From assembly GCA_963752475.1 (NCBI GenBank), contig CAVVYR010000029.1, positions 64,001-128,000 on the forward strand: a stretch of DNA of 64,000 nt, written 5' to 3'. The translations under genes and the position numbers were made by a program. This document shows positions 31,676 to 41,767 of this stretch, piece after piece. A model generated the notes under the pieces. The model ran no database searches. It was not told the origin of the DNA and was given only the letters and a program-made list of their open reading frames with translations. The stretch is from an uncultured Chloroflexia bacterium (GTDB lineage: Bacteria; Chloroflexota; Limnocylindria; Limnocylindrales; CSP1-4). Within the stretch, counting starts at the first letter, position 1, and each line of letters starts with the position of its first letter.

Positions 31676-32470
31676 CTAGGCCTTGTGGACACCCATCTCG
31701 TCCATCCAGGCGAAGGCATCGACACCGGCTGCACTGGGCCGATACTCACAGCCCACGGGCCGCTGGTAGCCGGTCTCGGCGATGGTCTGGAGGACGTTGC
31801 CGAAGTTGATCTCACCGCTACCCGGTTCGTTGCGGTCCGGGGCATCCGCGATCTGGTAGTGACCAGTCACGGGCGCCATCTCGCGGATGGTGGGGATGAG
31901 CTCACCCTGCGTGCGCTGCAGGTGATAGACGTCCAGCTGGAAGTCAACCCGACCGTCGAGCTGCACCAGGACCGACTTCGTTCGCGCGAGCGACGAGAGC
32001 AGGAAGCGCGGCGTCTCGACGGGGTTTAGCATCTCCGCCATGAGGCGCACCCCACCCTCGGCGAAGCGGTCAGCAGCGAAGGCCAGCTGCTCAACCAGAC
32101 AGTCGTATTGGGCGGACTCGAGCTCCGCGTCAATGCGCTCTCCGGCGAGCGCATTGACCCTGGGCGTGCCCAGGCGTTCGGCGATCACCACGGCCGCTTC
32201 GACGCCGTCGCGGAACTCGTCCCGCCGTCGTGGGTCGCCTGCGAATCCGCGCTCCCCCGCTGCGAAGTCGCCCATGGGCAGGTTGAACAGGTCGAGCGTG
32301 AGCCCACGACGCTCGAGAGCTCGCGCCAGATCGTCGAGCTCGACGCTGTAGGGATCGAGGAGCTCGATGGTCCGGAAACCCGCCTCGACAGCGCCATCGA
32401 GAGCAGCGGCGAGCGGTCGTCCCGGGAAATGGAACGTGACGTTGAGCGAGCACCGAAGGGGCTCAGACAT
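31676..32470 (-). CDS. Hydroxypyruvate/2-oxo-tetronate isomerase family (Hyi/OtnI-like)
   Basis: LFNLPMGDFAAGERG, EMLN, DVYHLQ, HYQIADAPDRNEPGSGEIN, GCEY. Confidence 0.88.
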   Translation of the reverse strand: MSEPLRCSLNVTFHFPGRPLAAALDGAVEAGFRTIELLDPYSVELDDLARALERRGLTLDLFNLPMGDFAAGERGFAGDPRRRDEFRDGVEAAVVIAERLGTPRVNALAGERIDAELESAQYDCLVEQLAFAADRFAEGGVRLMAEMLNPVETPRFLLSSLARTKSVLVQLDGRVDFQLDVYHLQRTQGELIPTIREMAPVTGHYQIADAPDRNEPGSGEINFGNVLQTIAETGYQRPVGCEYRPSAAGVDAFAWMDEMGVHKA

Positions 32471-33776
32471 CGAACGCGACCGGTAGCGACTCGAGGCCAC
32501 GATGGGTGATGCTGGGAGTCCAATCCACGTCATCGGGGGTGAGCTGGAGCTGCGGCAACGACAGCAGTGCCGGGAACGCGATCATGGCCTCCAGTCGCGA
32601 CAGCGGAGCCCCTACGCAGAAGTGGACACCCAGGCCGAAGGCGACGTGTCGATTGGGCTTGCGCTCCATGCGGAAGTCGTCCGGCGCGTCGAACAGCCTG
32701 GGGTCGCGGTTGGCCGCGCCCAGCATCACGTACAGCAGCTGGCCTTCGCGCAGTCGCTGTCCGTGAAGCTCCGTATCCCCTGCGACGCGACGCCATCCCC
32801 GCTGGATGGGGCTCTCGTAGCGGAGCATCTCCTCGATGGCTGAGGACAGCAAGGCCTCATCCGCCCCCTGCAGGCGTCGCAGGTCATCGGGCCTGCGCAG
32901 GAGGGTGAGCATGCCGTTGGCGATCAGGTTTCGGGTAGTCTCGTGTCCGGCGATCATGAGCGTCGTGCACATCGAGATGAGTTCGGGCTCGTCAAGCCGG
33001 TCGCCGGCCTCTTCAGCTTCCACGAGGGCGGTGATGAGGTCGTCGCCCGGATGCGCCTTGCGCTCGCGACAGAGGTCGCGGAAGTAGTCCTCCATAGCCA
33101 CGATCGACTCGGCGGAGCGCACGAGATGGTCGTCCACCGCAGCCTTGCCGGAGCGCTGGATGCCGACGACACCATCGGAGAGGTCGATGAGCAGGTCGCG
33201 GTCAGCAATCGGAACACCCATCAGCTCGGCGATGACGATGGCCGGCAGCGGGTAGGCGAACTCTCGCTGGAGATCGGCGCTGCCACGATCCCGGAACTCG
33301 GCGATGAGACCTTCGATGATGGCGGCGATGCGGTCACGTGAGCCTTCGACGACGCGCGGTGTGAAAGCCTTGTTGATGAGGGGCCGCAAACGCGTGTGCG
33401 CGGGAGGGTCGGATTGCAGCATGCCCGAGGCATAGTGGCGTCGCAGCGGCTCGACATAGGGAGCCGCTGCTACTGGCAGCTGATCGAGGTAGGCGCTGAA
33501 ACGACCGGCATTCGAGAAGCGCTGCGGTTCCTTCAGGATGGCCACCACATCCTCGTGGCGCGTGACGATCCAGACACCCCAAGCCTCACTCCAGTACACG
33601 GGTGTCGCCTCGCGGATCTCAGCGAGCGCTGGGTAGGGGTCCTGGAAGTAGGCCGGATCCGTCAGGAGCCTGTCGAAGGCACCCGCGTCCATCGGTTCCA
33701 TGATCACACCCGAACCGGTTGGCGGGTCGGGGGCATCGCTGAAGCCTGGGGCAACGTCATGAGTCGCGGTACCCAT
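32463..33776 (-). CDS. Cytochrome P450 (paralog 1)
   Basis: DPPAHTRLR, AGHETT, EEMLR (ExxR), AANRDP, HVAFGLGVHFCVG heme motif; overlaps both neighbouring genes. Confidence 0.96.
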   Translation of the reverse strand: MGTATHDVAPGFSDAPDPPTGSGVIMEPMDAGAFDRLLTDPAYFQDPYPALAEIREATPVYWSEAWGVWIVTRHEDVVAILKEPQRFSNAGRFSAYLDQLPVAAAPYVEPLRRHYASGMLQSDPPAHTRLRPLINKAFTPRVVEGSRDRIAAIIEGLIAEFRDRGSADLQREFAYPLPAIVIAELMGVPIADRDLLIDLSDGVVGIQRSGKAAVDDHLVRSAESIVAMEDYFRDLCRERKAHPGDDLITALVEAEEAGDRLDEPELISMCTTLMIAGHETTRNLIANGMLTLLRRPDDLRRLQGADEALLSSAIEEMLRYESPIQRGWRRVAGDTELHGQRLREGQLLYVMLGAANRDPRLFDAPDDFRMERKPNRHVAFGLGVHFCVGAPLSRLEAMIAFPALLSLPQLQLTPDDVDWTPSITHRGLESLPVAFDV

Positions 33777-34536
33777 GGCTCTCCGGGCCTCTGAAGTCGA
33801 AGGATGTCGAAAGGCCCGCGTCGACCGTTACGACGGCGCCGGTGATGCCTGAGGACTCGTCGCAGGCGAGGAACCAGGCCGTACTCGCGACCTCGTCGGC
33901 AGACAGGATACGACCAAGCGGATTGCGCTCCGCTCGTTCCTCGATCCATGCGTCGGGATCATCGGCGGTCCCCATGGCACGCCGAAACGCCGGCGTGTCT
34001 GTGGTGCCGGGGGCCACGACGTTGGCCCGGATGCCGTCACGGGCGTGGTCGACGGCCAGGTTGCGGGCGAAAGCGATGAGCGTGGCCTTGGTGCAGGCGT
34101 AGGCGATGAGCCCTTGTTCGGCCAACCAGCCATCGACCGACGAGACCACGACGATCGCGCCGCCGCCACCCGTGATCATGTCAGGCAGACACGATTTGGC
34201 GCCCAGGACTGCACCGAAGAAGTTGCCCTCGAAGAGGGCCCTCCATTGGTCCAGCTCCAGCGACACGACGGTACCGACCATGGGTCGCGCGGCATTGAGC
34301 ACGAGCGTGGTCGGCGAGATGCCCAGGCCGCGATAGGTGTCTGTGACCTGCGCCCACGCAGCCGGATCTGCGACGTCACCGACGACCGGATGGAAGTTGA
34401 GGTGCGAGGCGATCGGCTCATCAGGTGGTGAGGTCGAGATGCCGACGACGGTCACGCCCTCGGACAGGAAGCGTCTGGCGCAGGCCTCTCCGATGCCCTT
34501 GGACGAGCCAGTGATGACTGCGAGTCGTGGTTCCAT
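33757..34536 (-). CDS. Short-chain dehydrogenase/reductase
   Basis: TGSSKGIG, VSSV, YACTK, GIRANVVAPG. Confidence 0.93.
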   Translation of the reverse strand: MEPRLAVITGSSKGIGEACARRFLSEGVTVVGISTSPPDEPIASHLNFHPVVGDVADPAAWAQVTDTYRGLGISPTTLVLNAARPMVGTVVSLELDQWRALFEGNFFGAVLGAKSCLPDMITGGGGAIVVVSSVDGWLAEQGLIAYACTKATLIAFARNLAVDHARDGIRANVVAPGTTDTPAFRRAMGTADDPDAWIEERAERNPLGRILSADEVASTAWFLACDESSGITGAVVTVDAGLSTSFDFRGPESHGYRDS

Positions 34537-34565
34537 GGACGGTGCCTCGAGTCGATGCAAGACGA

Positions 34566-34653
34566 CCAAGGACGAAGTGGCCGGAGGATGACGCCAGTTC
34601 GTCCTTGGCCCGGATGTGGCTGACGATGGCTTCGCACGAAGCCATCGTCAGCC
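34566..34653 (-). other. Tandem intercistronic hairpins after the binding-protein gene
   Basis: Perfect 17-bp inverted repeat at 34618-34653 and an 11-bp stem at 34566-34608; no U-tract. Confidence 0.55.
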
Positions 34654-34664
34654 TTGGGTCGTGG

Positions 34665-35627
34665 TTAGTAGGCCGGCTCGTACTCGGACATGTTGTCCGG
34701 GGTGATGACCGGCGAGTCGATCGGCGTGCGGTCGGGAATCTCCTCGCCCGCGAGCACCTTCAGCAGGGTATCCACGGCCAGGGTGCCGTCGATGACCGGC
34801 GACTGGTAGACCGTGGCTGCCATGGCGTTCTCACCCATCAGGTTGAAGCCATCGACGTTGCCGCCGACACCGACGAGGATGACGTCCGAGGCGTCGGCCT
34901 GGGCCAGACCTTCGGCCACGCCCGCGGCCATGGTGTCGTCCTCGGCATAGATCATGTCGAGGTCATCGCCGTGCTTGGTGACGAGGTCGCGGGCGACCTC
35001 GAGAGATCGCTGCTGCGACCAGTCGCCGGGCTGCTGGTCGATGATCATCACCTGGTCGGGACACATCTCGGCGATGCGGTTGACGTAGCCATCGGTCCGC
35101 TCGATCGTTGCCGAGTAGCCGAGAGCACCGGTCACGATGGCGACATTGCCGCCGTCCGGCAACAGCGTCTCGCAGGTGTAGTCAGCGAGGATCTGGGCCT
35201 GCAGGGTGTAGTCCGGGCCGGTGAAGCCGGCGGTCAGTTCCTGGAGGCTGGCGTCCACGCCGGAGTTGACGGCAAGGACGGGCACGCCCGCGTCAGAGGC
35301 TTCCTGCAGCACCGGGCCGATGCCTAGGGCATCTACAGCGATGAGCAGGATGGCGTCGACCGGCTTGGCCAGGCAGTCGCGGAACTGGTCGACCTGCGCC
35401 TGCAGATCGCCCTCGGCGGAGAGCACGGTCACATCGATGCCGTTCTCAGCGCCATAGTCCCTGATCTGCGCGTTGATCTGTGATGAATAGGGGGTATCGG
35501 CAGCGGGTGCCAGCAGGCACGCGCTCGAGCTCATCTCGTCCTGCGCGGCCACCGGGATGGCGAATGCCGTAGCAGCGATGGCCAGGCTTGCCGCCATCGT
35601 GACGAGCTTCAGACCGGTTCGGTTCAT
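34665..35627 (-). CDS. Monosaccharide ABC solute-binding protein (RbsB-like)
   Basis: Signal peptide; Peripla_BP-type segments (GVPVLAVN, ERTDG, GDW, IYAEDDTMA, TVYQSP). Confidence 0.92.
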   Translation of the reverse strand: MNRTGLKLVTMAASLAIAATAFAIPVAAQDEMSSSACLLAPAADTPYSSQINAQIRDYGAENGIDVTVLSAEGDLQAQVDQFRDCLAKPVDAILLIAVDALGIGPVLQEASDAGVPVLAVNSGVDASLQELTAGFTGPDYTLQAQILADYTCETLLPDGGNVAIVTGALGYSATIERTDGYVNRIAEMCPDQVMIIDQQPGDWSQQRSLEVARDLVTKHGDDLDMIYAEDDTMAAGVAEGLAQADASDVILVGVGGNVDGFNLMGENAMAATVYQSPVIDGTLAVDTLLKVLAGEEIPDRTPIDSPVITPDNMSEYEPAY

Positions 35628-35745
35628 ATCAGGATCTCCTTCTTCTGCCCCTTGTGAACGGTGCTCGCGACTCCTCCGATCACGAGCTGGTGAGCTTCGT
35701 CTTCCGGGTCAGTAGTCCTCCTTGCTCGACCGTGATATCGCCGGC

Positions 35746-36759
35746 TCACGCATCTCGCGTCGATCCGAGCTGCGTGGCGGTGACGAGGCGCGAACGCCAC
35801 GAGGTGTAGACAGCGTCGATGAGCACCACGATGACCAGGATCACACCCAGGACCAGGTTCTGGACGTAGATCTCGAGGCCTGCGAGGTTCATGCCCGTCT
35901 TGATGAGGGCCAGGAAGAGCACGCCCATGAGGGTCTTCATCATGGAACCCGAGCCACCCGTCAGGACCGTCCCGCCGATGACTACAGCGGCGATGACCGG
36001 CAGCACGCTGAAGGTGCCCACGATGGGCGACCCGGTATTCAGACTCAGCGCTAGCACTACGCCGGCAAGACCGGCCATCAGGCCGCTGAACACGAAGGCT
36101 CCGAACGTGTAGCGCGATACGTTCACGCCAGACAGCCGCGCCGCCTCGGCGTTGCCACCGATGGCGTAGATGTTGCGGCCCTGGCGGACGCGCAAGAGCA
36201 CGAAGTGGGCAATGAGCAATGCGCCGATGAAGATGACGATGCGCGGCGTGATGAACGTGCCCAGCTGCTCCCACAAGGGGCCGAAGATGGCGCGGTCGAT
36301 GGAGGCGCCGAAGAACGGGTCGATGCCACGAACCGGTGCGGCTCCGGTCAGGGTCATCGCGACCCCGCGTATCCCGATCATGGCCGCAAGGGTCACGATG
36401 AACGAGTTGACACCAGCCTTGACGACGAGGAACCCGTTCAAGGCCCCCACCAGTCCGCCGGCGGCGACCCCGACCACCGCGGCCGGGTACGGGCCCAGTG
36501 GTTCCTGCAGGCCGATGGCCACGACACCAGCGAGAGCGAGGACCGCTCCCACCGACAGGTCCAATTGTCCTGACAGGATGACCACGGTCACGCCGATGGC
36601 CATGAGGCCGTCGATGGACGCTCGCACGAGCAGGTTCTTGAGCGCTGGCGCACTGCGCAGGTCCGGCACGAACAGCAGGAACAGGAGCAGCGCGATGGCC
36701 AGGATGAAGTAGATGCGGTTGTCCGCCAGGAAGCGGATCGTCCGAGGGTTCACACTCAC
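35746..36759 (-). CDS. Monosaccharide ABC permease (RbsC-like)
   Basis: DLSVG, SFIVTL, GGNAEAARLSG, IAAVVIGG. Confidence 0.93.
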   Translation of the reverse strand: MSVNPRTIRFLADNRIYFILAIALLLFLLFVPDLRSAPALKNLLVRASIDGLMAIGVTVVILSGQLDLSVGAVLALAGVVAIGLQEPLGPYPAAVVGVAAGGLVGALNGFLVVKAGVNSFIVTLAAMIGIRGVAMTLTGAAPVRGIDPFFGASIDRAIFGPLWEQLGTFITPRIVIFIGALLIAHFVLLRVRQGRNIYAIGGNAEAARLSGVNVSRYTFGAFVFSGLMAGLAGVVLALSLNTGSPIVGTFSVLPVIAAVVIGGTVLTGGSGSMMKTLMGVLFLALIKTGMNLAGLEIYVQNLVLGVILVIVVLIDAVYTSWRSRLVTATQLGSTRDA

Positions 36760-37745
36760 CGGCGCAACCTCAGGTCAAGCCAGACAGCGACGACGATGAG
36801 GGCGCCCTTCACGATGGTCTGCGACTCGGCCGGGACACCGAGCAGGATCATGAGGTTGTTCAGGACACCGACGATCAGGATGCCCATGATCGTGCGTGGC
36901 ACCGTGCCGGCGCCACCGAAGATGCTGTTGCCGCCGATGGCGACTGCGGCGATGGCGTTGAACTCCATGCCCACACCAGCGTTGGCGCGCGCGCTCTCAA
37001 GCTCGGAAGCCAGCAGGACACCGCCGATGGCCGTGAACGTGGCGCAGATGACGAAGACGCTGATCATCACGCGCTTGACCGGAACACCCGCCGCACGCGC
37101 CGCGTTGTAGTTGCCACCGGTCGGGTAGATCCACCGACCCAGGACGGTGTTGCTCAGCGTCAAGTGGGCGATGAGCGCCACGATGGCCAGGATCAGCAAC
37201 GTGTTGGGGACGAAGGGGATGAGCTCGCCCTGGGCGATGAGTGCGTAGGTCTCACTCTCGTTATAGACGATCCGCCCTTCGACGAAGAGCTGTGCGATGC
37301 CCAGCGCGGCGAACTGGGTTCCCAGCGTCGTGATCACGGGGTTCGTCCGGAAGACACCGATGAGGATGCCGTTGAAGAGCCCGATGACGACGCCCGCACC
37401 GATGCCCGCGATCAGCCCGCCGACGGGGCCGAGGACCGGCACCACCGCGAGAGCGATGATGCCCGAACCAGCCATGGTGGCGGGGATGGACAGGTCAACG
37501 AAGCCACCGCTGGTCGTCACCATGAGCATCCCGAAGGCCGCGAATCCCGTCCACGCTACCGAGCGCAGGATGTTCTCGAAGTTGTCGATGGACAGGAAGT
37601 CGCTCGAGACCACGGCGCCAGCGGCGATGAGCGCGCCGAAGACGAGCAGGATGGCGTAGTTGGAGACGAGAGTCCGCAACCGAGCCGAGCCCGTCACTGG
37701 GACCGTCGTGGTCGACTCCACGCCGGGCTGTGAAGACAGGATCAT
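36756..37745 (-). CDS. Monosaccharide ABC permease (RbsC-like)
   Basis: VDLS, GGNYNAARAAG, IAAVAIGG; coupled to both neighbours. Confidence 0.93.
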   Translation of the reverse strand: MILSSQPGVESTTTVPVTGSARLRTLVSNYAILLVFGALIAAGAVVSSDFLSIDNFENILRSVAWTGFAAFGMLMVTTSGGFVDLSIPATMAGSGIIALAVVPVLGPVGGLIAGIGAGVVIGLFNGILIGVFRTNPVITTLGTQFAALGIAQLFVEGRIVYNESETYALIAQGELIPFVPNTLLILAIVALIAHLTLSNTVLGRWIYPTGGNYNAARAAGVPVKRVMISVFVICATFTAIGGVLLASELESARANAGVGMEFNAIAAVAIGGNSIFGGAGTVPRTIMGILIVGVLNNLMILLGVPAESQTIVKGALIVVAVWLDLRLRR

Positions 37746-39319
37746 GGTGTAGCCGGCCCGTCGACAGCGGTCTGGCCGGTCGCGGCCATCATGATTCGCT
37801 CTTCGGTAGCGTCTTCGCGACTGAACTCCGCGCCGATGCGACCCTCATGGATGACGAGGATGCGATCGCTCGCAGAGAGCACCTCGACGAGTTCAGACGA
37901 GATCATGACGATCGCGATGCCGTGGCTGGCAAGCTCACCCATGAGCGCATGGATCTCTGCCTTGGCGCCAACGTCCACGCCCCTCGTGGGCTCATCAAGG
38001 AAGAGGACGCGAGGGGTGGCTGCCGTCCAGCGACCCATGACCACCTTCTGCTGGTTGCCACCGGAGAACGTGGCCACCATTCGCTCAGGGTCGGGTGGCG
38101 TCAGGCTGAAGCGCTCCATCATCGTCTCGACCGTGGGCAGTTCTGCGCGCCTCGTGATCCAGCCGGTACGCGACAACTCGGAGAGGATGCTGATGACGGT
38201 GTTGCTGCGGACGCTCAAGCCAAGGATCAGTCCTTCGCGTTTGCGGTCCTCAGGGACGTATCCCATCTTGGCCTTGATGGCGTCTCGCGGGCTACCGATC
38301 TTGACCAGCTCGCCATCGATATGGACCTCGCCGCGATCGTATGGATCGAGTCCGAAGATGGAACGGGCGATCTCGGTGCGTCCGGCACCCACGAGCCCCG
38401 CCAGGCCCACGATCTCGCCGGCCCGGACCTCAAAGGAGATGTCCGCAAAGACGCCCGTGCGAGCGAAGTCTTCGACCTGCAGGACGACATCGCCGACCTC
38501 GACCGTACGCTTGGGGAAGAGGTCGCCCACATCGCGACCGACCATCATCCTGACGATATCGCCAGGGGTGAGTTCGCCGATGGGCTGAGAGTCGACCAGG
38601 GCTCCGTCCCGTAGCACGGTCACGCGGTCGGCGATCTCCATCACCTCCTTGAGCCGATGCGAGATGAAGATCACGGCGATGCCCTCGGCACGCAGCTTGC
38701 GCAAGGTCTCGAAGAGGATCTGCGTCTCGTGCTCGGTCAGCGCCGAGGTTGGCTCGTCCAGCACGAGGATCCGTGGGTCCTGACTGTAGACCTTGGCGAT
38801 CTCCACCATCTGGGACTGCCCCACCGACAGATCGCGAATCAGCGTGTCGGCATCGACCGGTGCCGAGAGGCTGGTGAGCAACGCGTTCGCATCTTCTCGA
38901 AGCCTGCGGCGATCGATGATGCCGAAACGCCCCGTGGGCTGCCGGTCCAGGTAGATGTTCTCGGCAACCGAGAGATCTGGTACCAGGATCAGCTCCTGGT
39001 AGACCATCCCGATACCACGAGCCTGGGCCTCGTGGGGCGTCGCCAGCGCGACCTCGACCCCGTCGATACGGATCGTTCCGGCGTCGGCGGTGTAGGCGCC
39101 GGAGAGGATCTTCATCAGCGTCGACTTGCCGGCGCCGTTCTCACCCACGATGGCGTGGATCTCACCCGGCAGGCACGTCAGGCTGACCCCGTCGAGCGCT
39201 TGCACGCCGGGAAAGCCCTTGCTGATGCCCAGCATCTCAAGGACGGGCGGGCTCTCGCTGGCAGAAGAGGGTCCCCCGGCCGCAGGCGAGGCCGTCTCCT
39301 CGGGGAGGCCTGTATGCAT
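37742..39319 (-). CDS. Monosaccharide ABC ATPase with two NBDs (RbsA-like)
   Basis: GENGAGKST, LDEPT, SGGNQQKV, DEPTRGVDVGAK; probable leaderless ATG 39319, 7 nt after TATGGT. Confidence 0.94.
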   Translation of the reverse strand: MHTGLPEETASPAAGGPSSASESPPVLEMLGISKGFPGVQALDGVSLTCLPGEIHAIVGENGAGKSTLMKILSGAYTADAGTIRIDGVEVALATPHEAQARGIGMVYQELILVPDLSVAENIYLDRQPTGRFGIIDRRRLREDANALLTSLSAPVDADTLIRDLSVGQSQMVEIAKVYSQDPRILVLDEPTSALTEHETQILFETLRKLRAEGIAVIFISHRLKEVMEIADRVTVLRDGALVDSQPIGELTPGDIVRMMVGRDVGDLFPKRTVEVGDVVLQVEDFARTGVFADISFEVRAGEIVGLAGLVGAGRTEIARSIFGLDPYDRGEVHIDGELVKIGSPRDAIKAKMGYVPEDRKREGLILGLSVRSNTVISILSELSRTGWITRRAELPTVETMMERFSLTPPDPERMVATFSGGNQQKVVMGRWTAATPRVLFLDEPTRGVDVGAKAEIHALMGELASHGIAIVMISSELVEVLSASDRILVIHEGRIGAEFSREDATEERIMMAATGQTAVDGPATP

Positions 39320-39325
39320 GCGTGC
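39308..39325. promoter_or_regulatory. Island operator site 4 (ABC operon / mutarotase)
   Basis: GCCTGTATGCATGCGTGC overlapping the predicted start of the transporter operon. Confidence 0.6.
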
Positions 39326-39435
39326 TACCATACCGGCCCGAAGCCACCCGCACAAGCCGAGCGTGCAATCGAGCCGGCCAGCCGTAGAGGGCGACCCCGC
39401 GGGCAGGGTGGCTGCTGATCCGGAGGTGGCGCGCC

Positions 39436-39750
39436 ATGCAGCACTCGCTGTTCTCGATCCGGCTGGTGCCCGGCACCGAGGAGGAGTACGACCGACGGCA
39501 CGCGCAGGTGTGGCCGGAGATGGTGGAGGCCATGCACGAGTGCGGCATCACCAACTCCACGGGGTTCCGGCGCGGGACTGAGGTCTTCTACTATGCCGAG
39601 TGTGACCCCGACCCCGTGACCTGCTACGGCCGACTGGAGCCGATGGAGGTAAACCAGCGGTGGTCGGAGCACTTCAAGGGCATCGTCAGCGACCGGCTCA
39701 CCGAGGACGGACACTTCCCGTTCCTGCGAGTCGTCTCTCACGTCGACTGA
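39436..39750 (+). CDS. rhaM: L-rhamnose mutarotase family protein
   Basis: EEYDRRHAQVWPEM..GITN..VNQRW; GGAGG RBS. Exact substrate uncertain. Confidence 0.82.
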   Translation: MQHSLFSIRLVPGTEEEYDRRHAQVWPEMVEAMHECGITNSTGFRRGTEVFYYAECDPDPVTCYGRLEPMEVNQRWSEHFKGIVSDRLTEDGHFPFLRVVSHVD

Positions 39751-39807
39751 ACCCTCCCCCTGCCCGGCGGGCTTGCCCGGGTCTGCCACTGATCCGGCCG
39801 GCAACGA

Positions 39808-40917
39808 CTAGAACGCCACCACCGTGCGGATGACATGGCCACGCTCGACGTCCGCGAAGGCGGCATCGATGTCATCGAGCGCGACCTCGCGATCGACCAG
39901 CACATCGAGCAGCAGGTGCCCATCGAGATAGGCACGCGCCACCGCCGGGAAATCGCGCTGGGGATGGGCGCCGCCGTAGGCCAGTCGACTGATCGTCTTG
40001 TTGCCCATCATCGTGCCGAAGCGCACTGGCAAGTCATCATCGAGCGGGATCTTCCCGAGCATCGTCAACTCACCTCCAGCTCGTACCAGCTCGAAGGCGG
40101 TGCGCATGGCGGTCGCGTTGCCGGCGGCCTCGAAGACGTGGTCGGCGCCGCGTCCACCGGTCAAGGCTGCGACGACCGACAACGGGTCCTCGTGGCTGAC
40201 ATCGACGCCCACATCCGCACCCAGTCGGCCAGCCAGCTCGAGCCGTTGAGGCGACCGATCGATGGCCACGATCCTTGAGGCGCCCGCCAGGCGGGCGCCC
40301 ATGACCACCGACAGGCCCACGATGCCACAGCCCACGACCGCCACGACGGCACCCGGCGTGCTCGTAGCCGGCGACCGGAGGGCAGGGATCAACCCGGTCG
40401 TGATACCGCAGCCGATGGCAGCGCCGATCCCGAAGGGGAGGTCATTCGGAACCCGCACGGCCGCAGCCTCCGTGATCAACGCATGGTCGGCGTGTGAGCC
40501 CATGAACATGAACTGCTGCACGAGCCCCGAGGTGTCGCTGAGCGGTGTGCGGCCGTCCGGCAGGGTGCCGGCGCCCGCGGCTCGTCCACAGCGCTCACAG
40601 AGCAGTGGCTGACCGCGACTGCAGTAGAAGCACAGCCCGCAGGCGGGGTTCCAGGAGCACACGACGTGGTCGCCCGGAGCGACGTTCTCGACCGTCTCCC
40701 CCACCGCCTCCACGACGCCTGCGCCCTCGTGGCCGAGAACCATGGGTAGCGGCATGGCGATCGCGCCACGCATGACCTCGAGGTCCGTGTGACATAGTCC
40801 AGCTGCGCCCATCCGGACGAGCACATCGCGCGGCCCGGGGTCAGCCAGTTCGAGCCGCTCCACGCTGAGCGGATCGTTGACGGCCCGCAGCACCGCAGCG
40901 GAGACCTGCATCGTCAT
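39808..40917 (-). CDS. Zn-dependent alcohol dehydrogenase, class III/formaldehyde-dehydrogenase-like
   Basis: GLCHTD, LGHEGAGVV, CGLCFYC..C, GCGITTG, GCGIVG. Confidence 0.85.
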   Translation of the reverse strand: MTMQVSAAVLRAVNDPLSVERLELADPGPRDVLVRMGAAGLCHTDLEVMRGAIAMPLPMVLGHEGAGVVEAVGETVENVAPGDHVVCSWNPACGLCFYCSRGQPLLCERCGRAAGAGTLPDGRTPLSDTSGLVQQFMFMGSHADHALITEAAAVRVPNDLPFGIGAAIGCGITTGLIPALRSPATSTPGAVVAVVGCGIVGLSVVMGARLAGASRIVAIDRSPQRLELAGRLGADVGVDVSHEDPLSVVAALTGGRGADHVFEAAGNATAMRTAFELVRAGGELTMLGKIPLDDDLPVRFGTMMGNKTISRLAYGGAHPQRDFPAVARAYLDGHLLLDVLVDREVALDDIDAAFADVERGHVIRTVVAF

Positions 40918-40942
40918 GAAACGCTCCCCTTCAGGTTGGTGG

Positions 40943-41635
40943 TCAAGCGCGCTCTCCTTGCATCATGGGACCGTTCGTCAACGCCCCCCACGCCGGCCAT
41001 CGGCGCACCAGCTCCGCCATCGCCTCGTACCCCTCGTCGGTCGGGTGGATGCCATCGCCGCCTCGCGTGGCCCGCAGCCAGCGTTCGTCGGCACTGAGTG
41101 GATCGAAGACCGACAGGTACGCCACACCGACATCGCGCGCCACCGATCCGAGCCGAACGTCGAGCGCACGGATGTCGTCGTTGGCCGTGATCTGGAGCAC
41201 GCCGGGGACGAGCTGTGGTCCGGGTCGTGAGTCATCGATGGGTGCCGGCCCGATGAATAGCGTGGGCTGCAGGGTGTGGGCCTCCGTGAGCAGCGTACGT
41301 GTGTTCGCCAGGGTCACCTCGGCCTCGACGCGGCGCTCTGCACGCCCATCCTGGTACGTCCGCACGGTGCAGTCGTTGAGCCCATACTGGAAGACGATGC
41401 CCCCGGGGAAGAGCTGTGGCAGCCGTGCGTCCGTCTCTGCGTGCCACCGGCGAGCTACATCCACGGACGTGTCGCCTCGCACGCCGAGATCATAGATGGT
41501 GAGGTCGGCGCCCTCCGCCAAGGCCTCGGCCGCGATGCGTCCTGGCCATCCCAGGGCCCGCTGATCGCCGGTCCCAGCGGCGATGGAGTCACCGACCACG
41601 CAGACTCGCAGCGAGCGAGATGTGGCCTCAGCCAC
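40943..41635 (-). CDS. SGNH/GDSL esterase
   Basis: VGDSI, LGVRG, GLND, DGIHP blocks. Confidence 0.9.
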   Translation of the reverse strand: MAEATSRSLRVCVVGDSIAAGTGDQRALGWPGRIAAEALAEGADLTIYDLGVRGDTSVDVARRWHAETDARLPQLFPGGIVFQYGLNDCTVRTYQDGRAERRVEAEVTLANTRTLLTEAHTLQPTLFIGPAPIDDSRPGPQLVPGVLQITANDDIRALDVRLGSVARDVGVAYLSVFDPLSADERWLRATRGGDGIHPTDEGYEAMAELVRRWPAWGALTNGPMMQGERA

Positions 41636-41671
41636 TGGCCGAAGACCAGCCGAGAGGTGGCCTCTTTGTTG

Positions 41672-41689
41672 GTGTGTATGCTCGCATCC
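41672..41689. promoter_or_regulatory. Island operator site 5 (divergent esterase / URO-D 2)
   Basis: GTGTGTATGCTCGCATCC next to a TACGAT -10 (41694). Confidence 0.7.
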
Positions 41690-41767
41690 TAGGTACGATA
41701 CACTGGTCCCACAAGGGTCGACTCAGCACCCGACAGGACATCCAGGGAGGGTGGAGCGATGGGGGCA

